Shown: one piece after another, positions 12,774-27,828 of the stretch
Layout of the letters: the number at the start of each line of letters is the position of its first letter
Position numbering within the stretch: position 1 is the first letter of the stretch
Source of the DNA: Hormiphora californensis
Taxonomy: Eukaryota; Animalia; Ctenophora
Assembly: GCA_020137815.1 (NCBI GenBank)
Contig: CM035362.1
Span: 2,170,001-2,234,000 of the forward strand
Reading direction: 5' to 3'
DNA length: 64,000 nt
Program-made: the position numbers and the translations under genes
The notes under the pieces: generated by a model
Databases searched by the model: none
Seen by the model: only the letters and a program-made list of their open reading frames with translations
What the model was told of the DNA's origin: nothing

Positions 12774-15700
12774 CTAGTTGTAGACAGTTCCGACAGTTCC
12801 GACCAAGCTGATTCCCGTTCCAATACTCTCGTCGACCTCCCCCGCCGTAGAGGGGCACTGACACACAAATCTCCTTTTCCGGGTATGATCAAAACTGTCA
12901 TCGAACTGACCCCATCTGGCTATCGATAAGACCTGCTGTCCAACTGTTCCGATATAGTCAGCGTTGTCTGGCATGTACCTCGTCCACTCCATCCCATAGA
13001 ATTCAGAAAGCTGCAGGGAGGTAAGGGATATATGTCAGGATATCAGGCAGGGGGAGGGAGATATTAGGTCGTGACCTAATATCTCCCTCCCCCTTCCACA
13101 CCTCCCTTCCACACCTCCCTTCCACACCTCCCCCTTCCACACCTCCCTTCCACACCTCCCTTCCACACCTCCCTTCCCCACCTCCCTTCCACACCTCCCT
13201 TCCACACCTCCCTTCCACACCTCCCTTCCACACCTCCCTTCCACACCTCCCTTCCACGCCTCCCTTCCACACCTCCATTCCACACCTCCCTTCCACACCT
13301 CCCTTCCACACCCATTCCACACCTCCCTTCCACACCTCCCTTCCACACCTCCCTTCCACACCTCCCTTCCACACCTCCCTTCCACACCTCCCTTCCACAA
13401 CTCCCTTCCACACCTCCCTTCTACACCTCCCTTCCACACCTCCCTTCCACACCTCCCTTCTCCACACCTCCCTTCCACACCTCCCTTCCACAACTCCCTT
13501 CCACACCTCCCTTCTACACCTCCCTTCCACACCTCCCTTCCACACCTCCCTTCCACACCTCCCTTCCACACCACCCTTCCACACCACCCTTCCACACCTC
13601 CCTTCCACACCTCCCTTCCACACATCCCTTCCACACCTCCCTTCCACACCTCCCTTCCACACCTCCCTTCCACACCTCCCTTCCACACCTCCCTTCCACA
13701 CCTCCCTTCCACACCTCCCTTCCACACCTCCCTTCCACTCCTCCCTTCCACACCTCCCTTCCACACCTCCCGGCTCCCTTCCACACCTCCCTTCCACACC
13801 TCCCTTCCACACCTCCCTTCCACACCTCCCTTCCACACCTCCCTTCTCCACACCTCCCTTCCACACCTCCCTTCCACACCTCTCTTCCACACCTCCCTTC
13901 TACACCTCCCTTCCACACCTCCCTTCCACACCTCCCTTCCACACCTCCCTTCTCCACACCTCCCTTCCACACCTCCCTTCCACACCTCTCTTCCACACCT
14001 CCCTTCTACACCTCCCTTCCACACCTCCCTTCCACACCTCCCTTCCACACCACCCTTCTCCACACCTCCCTTCCACACCTCCATTCCACACCTCCCTTCC
14101 ACACCTCCCTTCCACACCTCCCTTCCACACCTCCCTTCCACACCTCCCTTCCACACCTCCCTTCCACACCTCTCTTCCACACCTCGTGACCGTCACGAGG
14201 TGTGGAATGGGGAGGTATCAATATTCGGGTGGGTTGGGGCATTGGACAAGTGTTATTTCAATTAGTGCCAGAAAGGGCAACATATACGTATAGGGTAAGC
14301 TGGGGTAAAAGTGGCCCACTTTTAACGTTTTAGGTTCTAAAATACGCAATTTATACAGCAGGAAGAAAAAAATTATATAGGCTATCCAATGAAACCTTTT
14401 CCTTTCAGCCGAGCTAAATTTTATTATCTACAAGTTTTATTTAATGGGTTAATTAATCAATTCAAATAATTTGGTGAGGCGTTTTTTGGAAAATTTGCAC
14501 CGGGGCAAAGTGGCCCAAGCCAATAGCATTGCTCGATTTTATCACGTGCCTGGTGTTGTTAGACGAAACGATCAAACTAGGGGCAAAATGGCCCATGTTC
14601 TGCACCGGAACATGGGCCACTTTGCCCCTAATTTGATCGTCTGTACTACATTTTTGTGCATTCCAATATCACGTGGTATTGCAGGCGCCATTTCATTGGT
14701 CCTAGAGGTGGGCCACTTTGCCCCAGACCGGACCACTTTGCCCCGGAGAGTGGGCCATATTTGCCCCGATTTCACAAAATTGACAATTAAGACAACAAAA
14801 ATGCCAATTTCTTCAAAAATTTTTATACCACGTTTTAGAGAATTATAAAGCCTAACTGGCAGTTTTTGCAAAATTAAAATCGGCCAACCCAAACAGAAAT
14901 GACAGCAGTTTTAAAGCGAAAATTCGGAACAGAACGAGCAGGTCTCCGCTGGAGAAAAAGTCACGTGACCACATGTAATAACTAGGGCCACTTTGCCCCA
15001 TACATGGGCCACTTTACCCCGCGGGCCATTTCACCCCAGCTTACCCTAATAGAAAGAGTTTTTATAATAATGATGATAACAACTTACAGCTTCACCATCT
15101 GTCCAATGCCAAACTCCCTCCTCCCCGAAGTCATTACCTCCCAGCCACAACCAGTTGTCCGAGTTAAACTTTGTTAGGGTAGAATTCCTGAAACGGAGCT
15201 TTGTCAAACTTTGCTAGGGTAGAATTCCTGAAACGGAGCTTTGTCAAACTTTTCTAGGGTAGAATTCCTGAAACGGAGCTTTGTCAAACTTTTCTAGGGT
15301 AGAATTCCTGAAACGGAGCTTTGTCAAACTTTTCTAGGGTAGAATTCCTGAAACGGAGCTTTGTTAAACTTTTCTAGGGTAGAATTCCTGAAACGGAGCT
15401 TTGTTAAACTTTTCTAGGGTAGAATTCCTAAAACGGAGCTTTGTCAAACTTTTCTAGGGTAGAATTCCTGAAACGGAGCTTTGTCAAACTTTTCTAGGGT
15501 AGAATTCCTGAAACGGAGCTTTGTCAAACTTTTCTAGGGTGGAAGTCCTGAAACGAAGTTTTGTCAAACTTTTCTAGGGTAGAATTCCTGAAACGGAGCT
15601 TTGTCAAACTTTTCTAGGGTAGAATTCCTGAAACGGAGCTTTGTCAAACTTTTCTAGGGTAGAATTCCTGAAACGGAGCTTTGTCAAACTTTTCTAGGGT

Positions 15701-18700
15701 AGAATTCCTGAAACGGAGCTTTGTCAAACTTTTCTAGGGTAGAATTCCTGAAACGGAGCTTTGTCAAACTTTTCTAGGGTAGAATTCCTGAAACGGAGCT
15801 TTGTTAAACTTTTCTAGGGTAGAATTCCTGAAACGGAGCTTTGTCAAACTTTTCTAGGGTAGAATTCCTGAAACGGAGCTTTGTCAAACTTTTCTAGGGT
15901 AGAATTCCTGAAACGGAGCTTTGTCAAACTTTTCTAGGGTGGAATTCCTGAAACGAAGTTTTGTCAAACTTTTCTAGGGTAGAATTCCTGAAACGGAGCT
16001 TTGTCAAACTTTTCTAGGGTAGAATTCCTGAAACGGAGCCTTGTCAAACTTTTCTAGGGTAGAACTCCTGAGGAAGGAGCTTATATTGGTGATTTGGAGC
16101 ACCCCAATGGCCAATATTGGTGGTTGTATTCTATCCTTTTATGGACCTAGAGATGTAGGTTGTATTCTATCCTTTTATGGACCTAGAGATGTAGGTTTCT
16201 TATTGATGTCACACAGCTTCAAGATATAATACTCAGTAGGCACAGATAAAATTACAGGTGGCTGATGGATATCATAGTGGTACTTACACGGAACCCAGAA
16301 AGACGTGGAAAAGACGTTTCAACTCATTCAGATCGTTACCATTCTGAACCTGAAAGAATTGTTGATCTGGGTTTTAAAAATGGAACGAAACAGAAGTAAC
16401 AGAAGTGAGTAAGGATAGTACTGCAACTATAACACTCACCTTCACCCAATTAGGTTTTGGCTTACTAATAGTTGATTATAACAGTATAAGTCGGATCCCA
16501 ATATACTGGGATGATAGGGAGAAAGGGTTCTACCCGGTAAATCTGGGTCCAACTGTATATCTGTTACGTCACATACCTTTCCGAGTATCAGTCCGGCATT
16601 GTTACACTCTTTCTTTGCGTGATGCCACGTGACAAAATTCATACCCAGAATGTATTTCCCCTTGTAGTCACATGCGTAGGGGTGCTCCTGGGGGTTTTAG
16701 CTGTTATACACAGATTAAAGGGCACCTTGCTCGAACCTAGTAAGTAGTAACCATGGTTACTGCCCACTTAGTAACGAACCTAGTAACCATGGTTATTGCC
16801 CACTTAGTAACGAACCTAGTAACAATGGTTACCGCCAACTTAATAACGAACCTAGTAACCATGGTTACCGCCCACTTAGTAACGAACCTTGTAACAATGG
16901 TTACAGCCCACTTAGTAACGAACCTAGTAACCATGGTTACCACCCACTTAGTAACGAACCTAGTAACAATGGTTACTGCCCACTTAGTAACGAACCTTGT
17001 AAGTGAAAGTATCGTCCCACTTAGTAACGAACCTAGTAACCATGGTTACCGCCCACTTAGTAACGAACCTTGTAAGTGAAAGTATCGTCCCACTTAGTAA
17101 CGAATCTAGTAACCATGGTTACCGCCCACTTTATAACGAACCTAGTAACAATGGTTACTGCCCACTTAGTAACGAACCTAGTAACCATGGTTACCACCCA
17201 CATAGTAACGAACCTAGTAACAATGGTTACCGCCCACATAATAACGAACCTTGTAAGTGAAAGTATCGTCCCACTGCCCACTGTGATCAATCCTCATCTG
17301 GTTTTGATAGTACCATATACCATGTTTCTGGAGGGGAGGTGGTGTGAGACTTATTATTGGTTTTGATAGTACCATATACCATGTTTCTGGAGGGGAGGTG
17401 GTGTGAGACTTATTATTGTCTGATATATGTATCTTTTTTATAGTACAAACCCTTAATTGGGTCTAATTGGTTGCAGTGTCATAAATCCAAATCATAAATC
17501 ATTTTGGATTTATGAATGTAAATACACTATAACCAATTAGATCCAATTAGATAGGGGTAATTCCTCAACTAATATGGTGATAGACTTTTGGAATCTCATT
17601 CAGGGGATAATTTGGGATGTGTTAGTGAAGAAATTTCAATGGGGGGGTTCCCATGGTATACTTTGGTATACTTTGGTATACTTTGGCATATGGAAAATTC
17701 CAAAAAAATATGTGGAAGGTACCAAAGTATACCAAAGTATACCATATCTTTTTAATAGCTTTACGTACTTTAAAGTGTTAATTTACAATAATTAAGGCTT
17801 TAAAACAGTTTTTATAAACTTTCTTAACTCATAAACTTGAGGTTAACTAGGCTAAATTGGCTAATTTCATAGAATCGAGGAAAATTATTTTGCCTATGAA
17901 ATGATGAGTCACAAAACTGGGGTTTGACACATTGGGACTCATTTGAGTGCGATAAAAAACTTTTTAAAAAGTCAAGAAAAAGTTCAAATAGTATTTGGTA
18001 AAGTCTCTAAAAATTTTTCAAAAATTGCCCCAACCGGGAATTGAACCCCTGGCCACTGAGTGGCCAGCCTTGTGCACTAGCCGGATGATGTAACATACGT
18101 AAAAATCAGTTTAATAAGCTTTATATTACCAATTTAGAACGAAATAAGGATGTAGTTTTACAAATTTAGTCAATTATTTTATCTTATCGCTTAAATTTTA
18201 CCTTTTTCAAAATTTTTATGGTATACTTTGGTATACCTTGGTATATTTTGGTATACTTTGGTATACTTTGGTATATGGAAAATCGCTGAAAAAGTTGTGG
18301 AAAGTGCCAAAGTATACCAAAGTATACCATGGGAACCCCCCCATTTCAATAATTCCTCAGCGACAGACTACTAACTAGCTCAAACACTCAAACAAATAAT
18401 TCAAATTTACTTTTTGTTTCCTCTGGTCAGGCATCTTGTTCATCCACATGTGGAAATCAACAGGGTTCTCACCGGTGGCCCACTCCCAGTCCTACGAAAA
18501 TTATCATTAGATTGTTGAACTTGGTCAAATATACCACTTTGTAAGTGTTGCTAGCTGGGAAGCAGAGTTGCCCCAACTTGTTATGTTCTAACCCTCCTTT
18601 ACATTTGGGGGTGGGGTGAGCGAAACACAGTCTAGCTAGGCAAGCCCCAACAAGGGTACCACACAACTACAACAATAACTCATTTTATTAATCCTTCCAT

Positions 18701-19775
18701 CCAAAAAGAGCTCACATACAGTCGGTGTTATAGGTTAGTCGTGTGGGTGAATCCGTAGTTGTTTTTCGTTTTCCTGAGGCCGGTCCAAACCCACTGATCT
18801 GCAGCCCACCTGAAAATAAAACAAAAATTGAAAATACAGTCGGACCCCGATTTAGTGGCACCCTCGGGGGAAATTGGTTTTGTCCACTAAATCGGGGTGT
18901 CCACTAAATCGAGGTCAAATACTATATCAAATACTATATCGGGGGAAAATTATCCTGCCACTAAATCGGGGTGCCACTAAATCGGGGGCCACTAAATCGG
19001 GGTCCGACTGTACTAGAAAATACTACTAATTGAAAATAGTAGTTAATTCAGGGGGAGTTTATCCTCGAGGTAAATCGGGGTTTCGGTATATATATCGAGT
19101 TCCGACAGTTGATCTTACATGTTCTTTTTGTTTGTGTATTTGTCATACGCAAGGTTGAGAAGAGTTTTAATCTCCGTGTTCTTTTCTTCATCATTAACCG
19201 TCGCCAGAGTTCCTACGTAAGTGTATCCCATACCTGATAAAATAGTTTTATAAAGGAGCACATAAAAAGGCGGATTTTAATGAAGGAGCAATGTCAAAAG
19301 TCGAATAGTAAGTTTTATGAAGGAGCAATTTTCCGGTTTTATGAAGGAGTAAAAACTTTGGATTGGACGTACCGATCTTGAAGTCCCTGCATTTGTTTTC
19401 TGCCATATCGTAGTCCACCTGGTTCTGAAGTTACGAAAACTGTCAATTTGTTTACAAGGAATGATTTGGTTTGTGCAGCAGGGAGAGAAAGTTCTAAAAT
19501 AATTAACTAATTTCGCCCTTAATCCATGACTCAACTTAGGCGAAATCATCTTCATAAATCGATCAAAGAATGGGACATGAGTAAAGCCAGTTGGCCCAAA
19601 AACAGAGCAAACAAAAAATTAGCCAAACCTTGAAGAAGATGAGATTGCAGGTCATGTAGACATTAGCATCGTTCGTCCCAGAGAGCGCCTTGAGGGCATG
19701 GATCTGGGTGATATTAATCGCCTGGATCACCACCGGGCTGGCTACCACGAGGAGCAGCAGAATCGGGGACATCAT
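12774..19775 (-). CDS. Secreted double C-type lectin-domain protein, 10 exons (in-frame TAA or indels in exon 4)
   Basis: Exons 19775-19629 (signal peptide), 19424-19373, 19233-19119, 18809-18716, 18491-18411, 17327-17250, 16687-16577, 16349-16288, 15187-15088, 13010-12774. Motifs LATVN, WVWTGL, WEW, MPD, WDD, YACD; second domain WLWLGGND..EG.W.WTDG, MPDN, FDD, FVCQC. TAA at 18728-18730. Confidence 0.85.
13088..14184. repeat. Intronic minisatellite, 13-bp unit CCTCCCTTCCACA (~84 copies)
   Basis: Read directly. It produces the spurious GGVEGRCGREVWK ORFs. Confidence 0.95.
14293..15046. mobile_element. TA-flanked MITE with internal GGGCAAAGTGGCCC repeats (Tc1/mariner-pogo-like)
   Basis: TA|GGGTAAGCTGGGGTAAAAGTGGCCC ... 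GGGCCATTTCACCCCAGCTTACCC|TA. The same motif recurs internally in both orientations. Lies in a lectin intron. Confidence 0.8.
15166..16075. repeat. 40-bp tandem array (23 copies) overlapping a splice acceptor of the lectin gene
   Basis: Unit AAACTTTTCTAGGGTAGAATTCCTGAAACGGAGCTTTGTC, starts from 15166 to 16046. Variant units at ~15541 and ~15941. Confidence 0.95.
16735..17276. repeat. 36-bp minisatellite abutting a splice donor, with embedded copies of the exon end
   Basis: Unit GTAACCATGGTTACCGCCCACTTAGTAACGAACCTA. The exon-derived string GTAAGTGAAAGTATCGTCCCACT occurs at ~16999, ~17073 and ~17253 (the real exon). Confidence 0.9.
17641..18342. mobile_element. Non-autonomous DNA element with 8-bp TSD and GG termini (Merlin- or MULE-like)
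   Basis: ATTTCAAT|GGGGGGGTTCCCATGGTATACTTTGG ... CCAAAGTATACCATGGGAACCCCCCC|ATTTCAAT. TSD copies at 17633-17640 and 18343-18350; subterminal 10-mer GGTATACTTT repeats. Confidence 0.85.
18837..19010. mobile_element. Tigger/pogo-like MITE (TA TSD)
   Basis: TA|CAGTCGGACCCCGATTTAGTGGC ... CACTAAATCGGGGTCCGACTG|TA. Relatives at 47583-47720, 48776-48907, ~21930-22013, ~33493-33735, ~35244-35293, ~41381-41445 and ~44122-44210. Confidence 0.85.
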
Positions 19776-19885
19776 GGTGGGAAATGGACCTCATCAGGGC
19801 ATGGGCATATTCTCGACCTGGGATGATAGTATGGGATGATATGATGAGAGAGAGAGAGGGAAGGGGAGACAAGGAGAGAGATGGG

Positions 19886-19970
<85 letters not shown>

Positions 19971-20561
19971 GAGAGAGAGCTCTCTCTCTCTCTCTCTCTC
20001 TCTCATCCTATCTCTCCTTCTCTCTGCGTCTGCGCGCTTCGGCGTTCTCTCTCCTTCCTCCTCCCCCTTCCCTCCCTGCACACGCTTGACTTGTAAAATC
20101 GTGTTTGCCTCCTTGTACGCACTGTCCCTCACATCTCTTTAAGGTACTATTTCTTCGTAGTAATATACTACAAACCCTCTGATTTACCCCTCCCTCCGAC
20201 TCTCTGATTTACCCCTCCCATATCGTTCAAAGTCAGGAAAAGAAGAATGGTAGGTTCGTATCATATCCTCCGTGTAAAGGGTCATTCAAATACCAGTGCC
20301 ATGCCATTTAGAACTAGCATCACTAAGGGGAAGAGGATAGGAATTGTATTTTTTGTTGTTGAGAAAACTGAAACCCCCACCCCCCAGACAAGCAATAAGT
20401 TGGAAATTAAAGAGTGTAATAATAAATTAACACATGATTGACACGCTAGCTCTCTCACCAGTCACCATTTCGATATTTGACATGCCAGTTCTCTCTAACC
20501 CCGCATTCGCCATTCGAATTAGCTTCAACCAATACTCATCTATATCCATCTTTCTCTTCCT

Positions 20562-21161
20562 CTAACCATCCTTCATCTCAAAATCATCACTCTGCTCAAG
20601 ATCCAAAATAGTGTCAGCTTCACTAATATTCACATAATCAGCATCAGTGAACTTGACATATTTCTGGTTACGTATGAGTCGTGTTGCCTGCATGACCTGC
20701 TGCTCCTCATACAACTCAGGCTCCTCTGGACGGGGTGTCCGCACATTATCCCAGTCATCCAGATTCTTGTTTTCAATGTGCTCCGTGTACAGATCAGACA
20801 TGATTTCTTCTATCCCTTTCTTGTCCTTCTTCTTCTCACCAGCCTTGTTTTGGGTGAGGTTCTCTATTTCGTTGAGAGACATTGCCCGGGATTTACCCGT
20901 ACTTTCAGATGAAAACATGTAGCGGTGCGCCTGAGCGTTGCCGCTCACAATCCATATGGATGTCATGATCCCTGTAAACCAGAGTCCAAATTGGATCACC
21001 TTGTTGTGTATGAATTTAGACCACCAACCACCACCACTACTACTAGAGGATGACGTGTTGAATGTTTGGACTCCTCTTCTGGAAGGGATGTTATTGAACA
21101 GTGGTGTTCGGAGAGTTGTTGCTAGGGGCAACCGTGTTGAGATTATCATCCGAGCCAGCAT
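20562..21161 (-). CDS. COX16: Cytochrome c oxidase assembly factor COX16-like, intronless, with a presequence-like N-terminus
   Basis: NKVIQFGL + TM + QAHRY and LDDWDNVRTPRP match the COX16 signature (human FDDWKNIRGPRP). The first ~45 aa are R/S/T/L-rich and lack acidic residues. Confidence 0.8.
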   Translation of the reverse strand: MLARMIISTRLPLATTLRTPLFNNIPSRRGVQTFNTSSSSSSGGGWWSKFIHNKVIQFGLWFTGIMTSIWIVSGNAQAHRYMFSSESTGKSRAMSLNEIENLTQNKAGEKKKDKKGIEEIMSDLYTEHIENKNLDDWDNVRTPRPEEPELYEEQQVMQATRLIRNQKYVKFTDADYVNISEADTILDLEQSDDFEMKDG

Positions 21162-21182
21162 TATATTCTCTAGGTCGCAAAG

Positions 21183-21547
21183 TTATATTCCAAACTCACT
21201 CAAAACTTCACACACTTCCTTGGGTGTAGGATGGTATTTGTTACAGCTATACCCTAACAACAAAGACTTGTAGGGTGGCTTCAGGTTCACTTTCTCGACC
21301 ACAATCCGTGCTAACAAGTCCACTCTCTCTTCGTCAGATCCTAGCAGGATTCACTATGCTAAATGTGCTCTTTCCGTCCAGGATAGAGGGCTTTATCTCT
21401 TGTTGCCTTTACCAAGGAACCAACCTTTCCAACTTGGGTTATCTGGAAGAGAAGATGGGTGCCGTAATCCGCTAGGATGAATTCGGTTGGGACGGATTGG
21501 AGGGTTCGGGTTGTGGATCGGAACTTTATTGGACAGGATGTGGACAT
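21183..21547 (-). CDS. PSMG3: Proteasome assembly chaperone 3 (PAC3), intronless, two apparent +1 indels
   Basis: N-half SVPTEFILADYGTHLLFQITQVGKVGSLV; C-half in another frame ILLGSDEERVDLLARIVV...SLLLGYS...EFGI*. The span is 365 nt, i.e. 121 codons plus 2 extra bases (A runs near 21393 and 21350). Confidence 0.8.
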
Positions 21548-22441
21548 TGAGAGACTGATCTCAACCCCTAGAGAGAGGGAGAGTTAGTTGGTTACATGAC
21601 GTGTAGTGTGTAGTTGGTTAGAGAGGGGGAGTTAGTTGTTACATGTGTAGTGTGAACCGGATCAAGAAACGGGCTACCAAAGGGGGCAGGGCAGATGTAA
21701 ATTTGTGAAGGGGTGGGGTGGAAATTTCTTCACCCCTAGAGGGAGCACAAAGAGAGGACCAGCATTAGCTGAATTTGAAAAATGAAAACACGATATCTTG
21801 TTCAACAAAGGCAGTTCAGAAATTTAGAAATAGTTCAACAACCAAACGTTCAACGTTCAAAACATAAAAACAATTGACTCTTCCCATAAAATATCTCTCT
21901 CGATATAATATACACTTGAAGGGGGATAAAGTCAAACATCGATTTACCGGACCCCCGATTAACCGTTCAAAAAGCCTTCCCAAGTCAGGACTCCGGTCAA
22001 TCGAGGTTTGACTATCCTTCACTCCAGTTCTGTTTCTATCTACACTGTTGGAATTTCCAGTCTTTTAGAACTTGTACTGCTCGATTTACAGATGTGTAAA
22101 CACGAATTTGTAGAATGATCTAGGCTAAGTAATCGCTGTACTACCCTTGGTAATGAAATTCCCCCTCTGCGCTAGCTCACGGAGGATATATGCAATAATA
22201 GGGGTGACTTCGTAACCAAGTACTACCCTAAGGCTCCAACTAATTTATATATTTTCTCTTTGTCATCGGCCCGCGCCGGTTCGGAGAGGGCAGCATTTTG
22301 TGAGACAACTATAATATACTATCTCTCTCTCTCTCTCTACTGTTCCTTGGTACTCTTTATATCCTCTCTCTCTCTACTGTTCCTTCCTACTCTCTCTCTC
22401 TCTCTCTACTGTTCCTTGCTTCTCTCTCTCTCTCTCTCTCT

Positions 22442-25987
<3,546 letters not shown>

Positions 25988-26348
25988 TTCAAACTAAATG
26001 TGGAGGACAAATTAAACTCACGCGCCACCCAGGGGGGCGACAGTTTCAAAAAATCCGACTTTAGGGGAGGTTAGAAGCCAATCAGTGACCAATTAAACCA
26101 ATTAACCTACATCTGAAAACACACACATGTTTATTGTTCAAGTTTGTACACACAAGAGCTCAACGCAGAAAGGTAGAAGATCATATGCATTAATTCGCTT
26201 CCTAGAAATAGCTCCATCCATCACTATATTTCACTGTTATTGTTTCTCTCTCTCACTATCTTTCTCTCACACTATCTCTCTATCAATCTCTCTCCCGTTA
26301 CCCGTATCGGCATGTAGTAGTAGAGAAAACAAACCCGATTATAGAGAG

Positions 26349-26460
<112 letters not shown>

Positions 26461-27828
26461 CCCCCTCATCTTGGTCTACTCTGATAGTATTTTCATGCTA
26501 GCCTTGATGGAATATATAGGGGAGACCCCAGTAACTCAGTCTTACTTCAACCGACATACACGATACCCAGTGGTACCCTTGTTGGTACCGAGCACAGAGT
26601 CTGATGCGGGGGACATCGCTGTCCTGGGTATCGTGCCGGATCATGAAGTGTCTCCGACGTGGAGGGATTTTGGAAGAAGTGGGAATCGGGAAGAATAGAA
26701 GAGAGAGGTTGAGGAGCACATTTCTGATCTGAGAGGTCCCCATGATGACTCGAGGACAGTCGGGGAGATCAGAATGGCTATAATGGAGGGTGGATGTATG
26801 AAGGATTATCGTCCGTTGTAGTTAAGTCAAGACATAGTTCCTCAAATTATCTCTACAAGTTCTGACTAGACGCCATTTACATGGTTCATGAGACGGTAAC
26901 TCGATCGCCACTCAGTTCATGTCATCTGGTATATCTTACCCCTTGCGTCATCCCAGTCACGCACAATCTCGCTATAATTGTCACTCTGTCAAATCGACAT
27001 TCGACAGTTTCGATTATAGGAGCAATCCGGATCGCACCCTTGTCCAGCCAGATAGAGGTGTTGGTTTCACCTAGTCTTGGACTAGCTCTCTTGACAGTAC
27101 TAACAAGACAATCTACAAACCGAGAACGAGTGCTTGAGAGTTGAGGAGTGAGAACTGACCCCGTCGACGACAGACACTATGACCGATTTTCAGTCCTTCG
27201 GGGCGTGCTCTTATTACCCTTTCTATTGCATCCCCTGCATGTTTAAATCTTGACACTGTGCGAAGGACAGAGTCACGCTAGCTTTATACTTTTTTCGGCT
27301 TCACGTGCTTCCTACACACGTATCCGTGTCGGTCAACTCAGACTGTCTGTCTGATGTGATCGTGATCACTGGTCGGCATCCCGTCCTACTCCCCAGGATG
27401 TAGGGATCTAGAACCAGCCCAAATCCCTTCCATAGTTCTGCCTCTCTTCTCAATCTCAAACTGAAATCTTACACTTTTCAAAATCCCTTTATATCTGAAG
27501 TGTTGACAATATGGTGGTACTGAGCACCTGCGTCTCCTTCGGGTCTTTCATATAGATATTATAATAACACGGTGCCGACAGTAGCTGGCTGCTTAGTGGC
27601 AAGACCGTAGTCCTACCAAACCAAACCAAACCAAACCAGAGAGAGAGAGAGAGAGAGAGAGCGGATCTATAACATGTTTAGAGAAGCTAGAGAGAGATCA
27701 GAGAAGGGGAGAGATCATAGAAGAAGAGTAGGGAGAAAGGGAGCATTACCTTACGTCATATCACTTGGCCTTCACTTGGCCTTCACTTGGCCTTCAGCAG
27801 TATCTCTGTCTTGTAGGGCAGTCTAATT

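Noticed and set aside
13003-14242. Long GGVEGRCGREVWK ORFs (up to 381 aa)
   Set aside because: Translations of a 13-bp minisatellite, open in several frames, inside a lectin intron.
15166-16075. CRISPR-like regular array
   Set aside because: Units are contiguous with no unique spacers, there are no cas genes, and the context is a eukaryotic intron.
18025-18090. tRNA gene
   Set aside because: Only a T-arm/B-box-like motif; no complementary acceptor stem or D arm.
18728-18730. Stop-codon reassignment or readthrough in the lectin
   Set aside because: TAA, TAG and TGA all end other genes here, and neighbouring genes show indel-type disruptions, so error or pseudogenisation is simpler.
26471-26820. 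Coding-looking stretch on the + strand
   Set aside because: Interrupted by a stop, with no recognisable motif or convincing splice structure.
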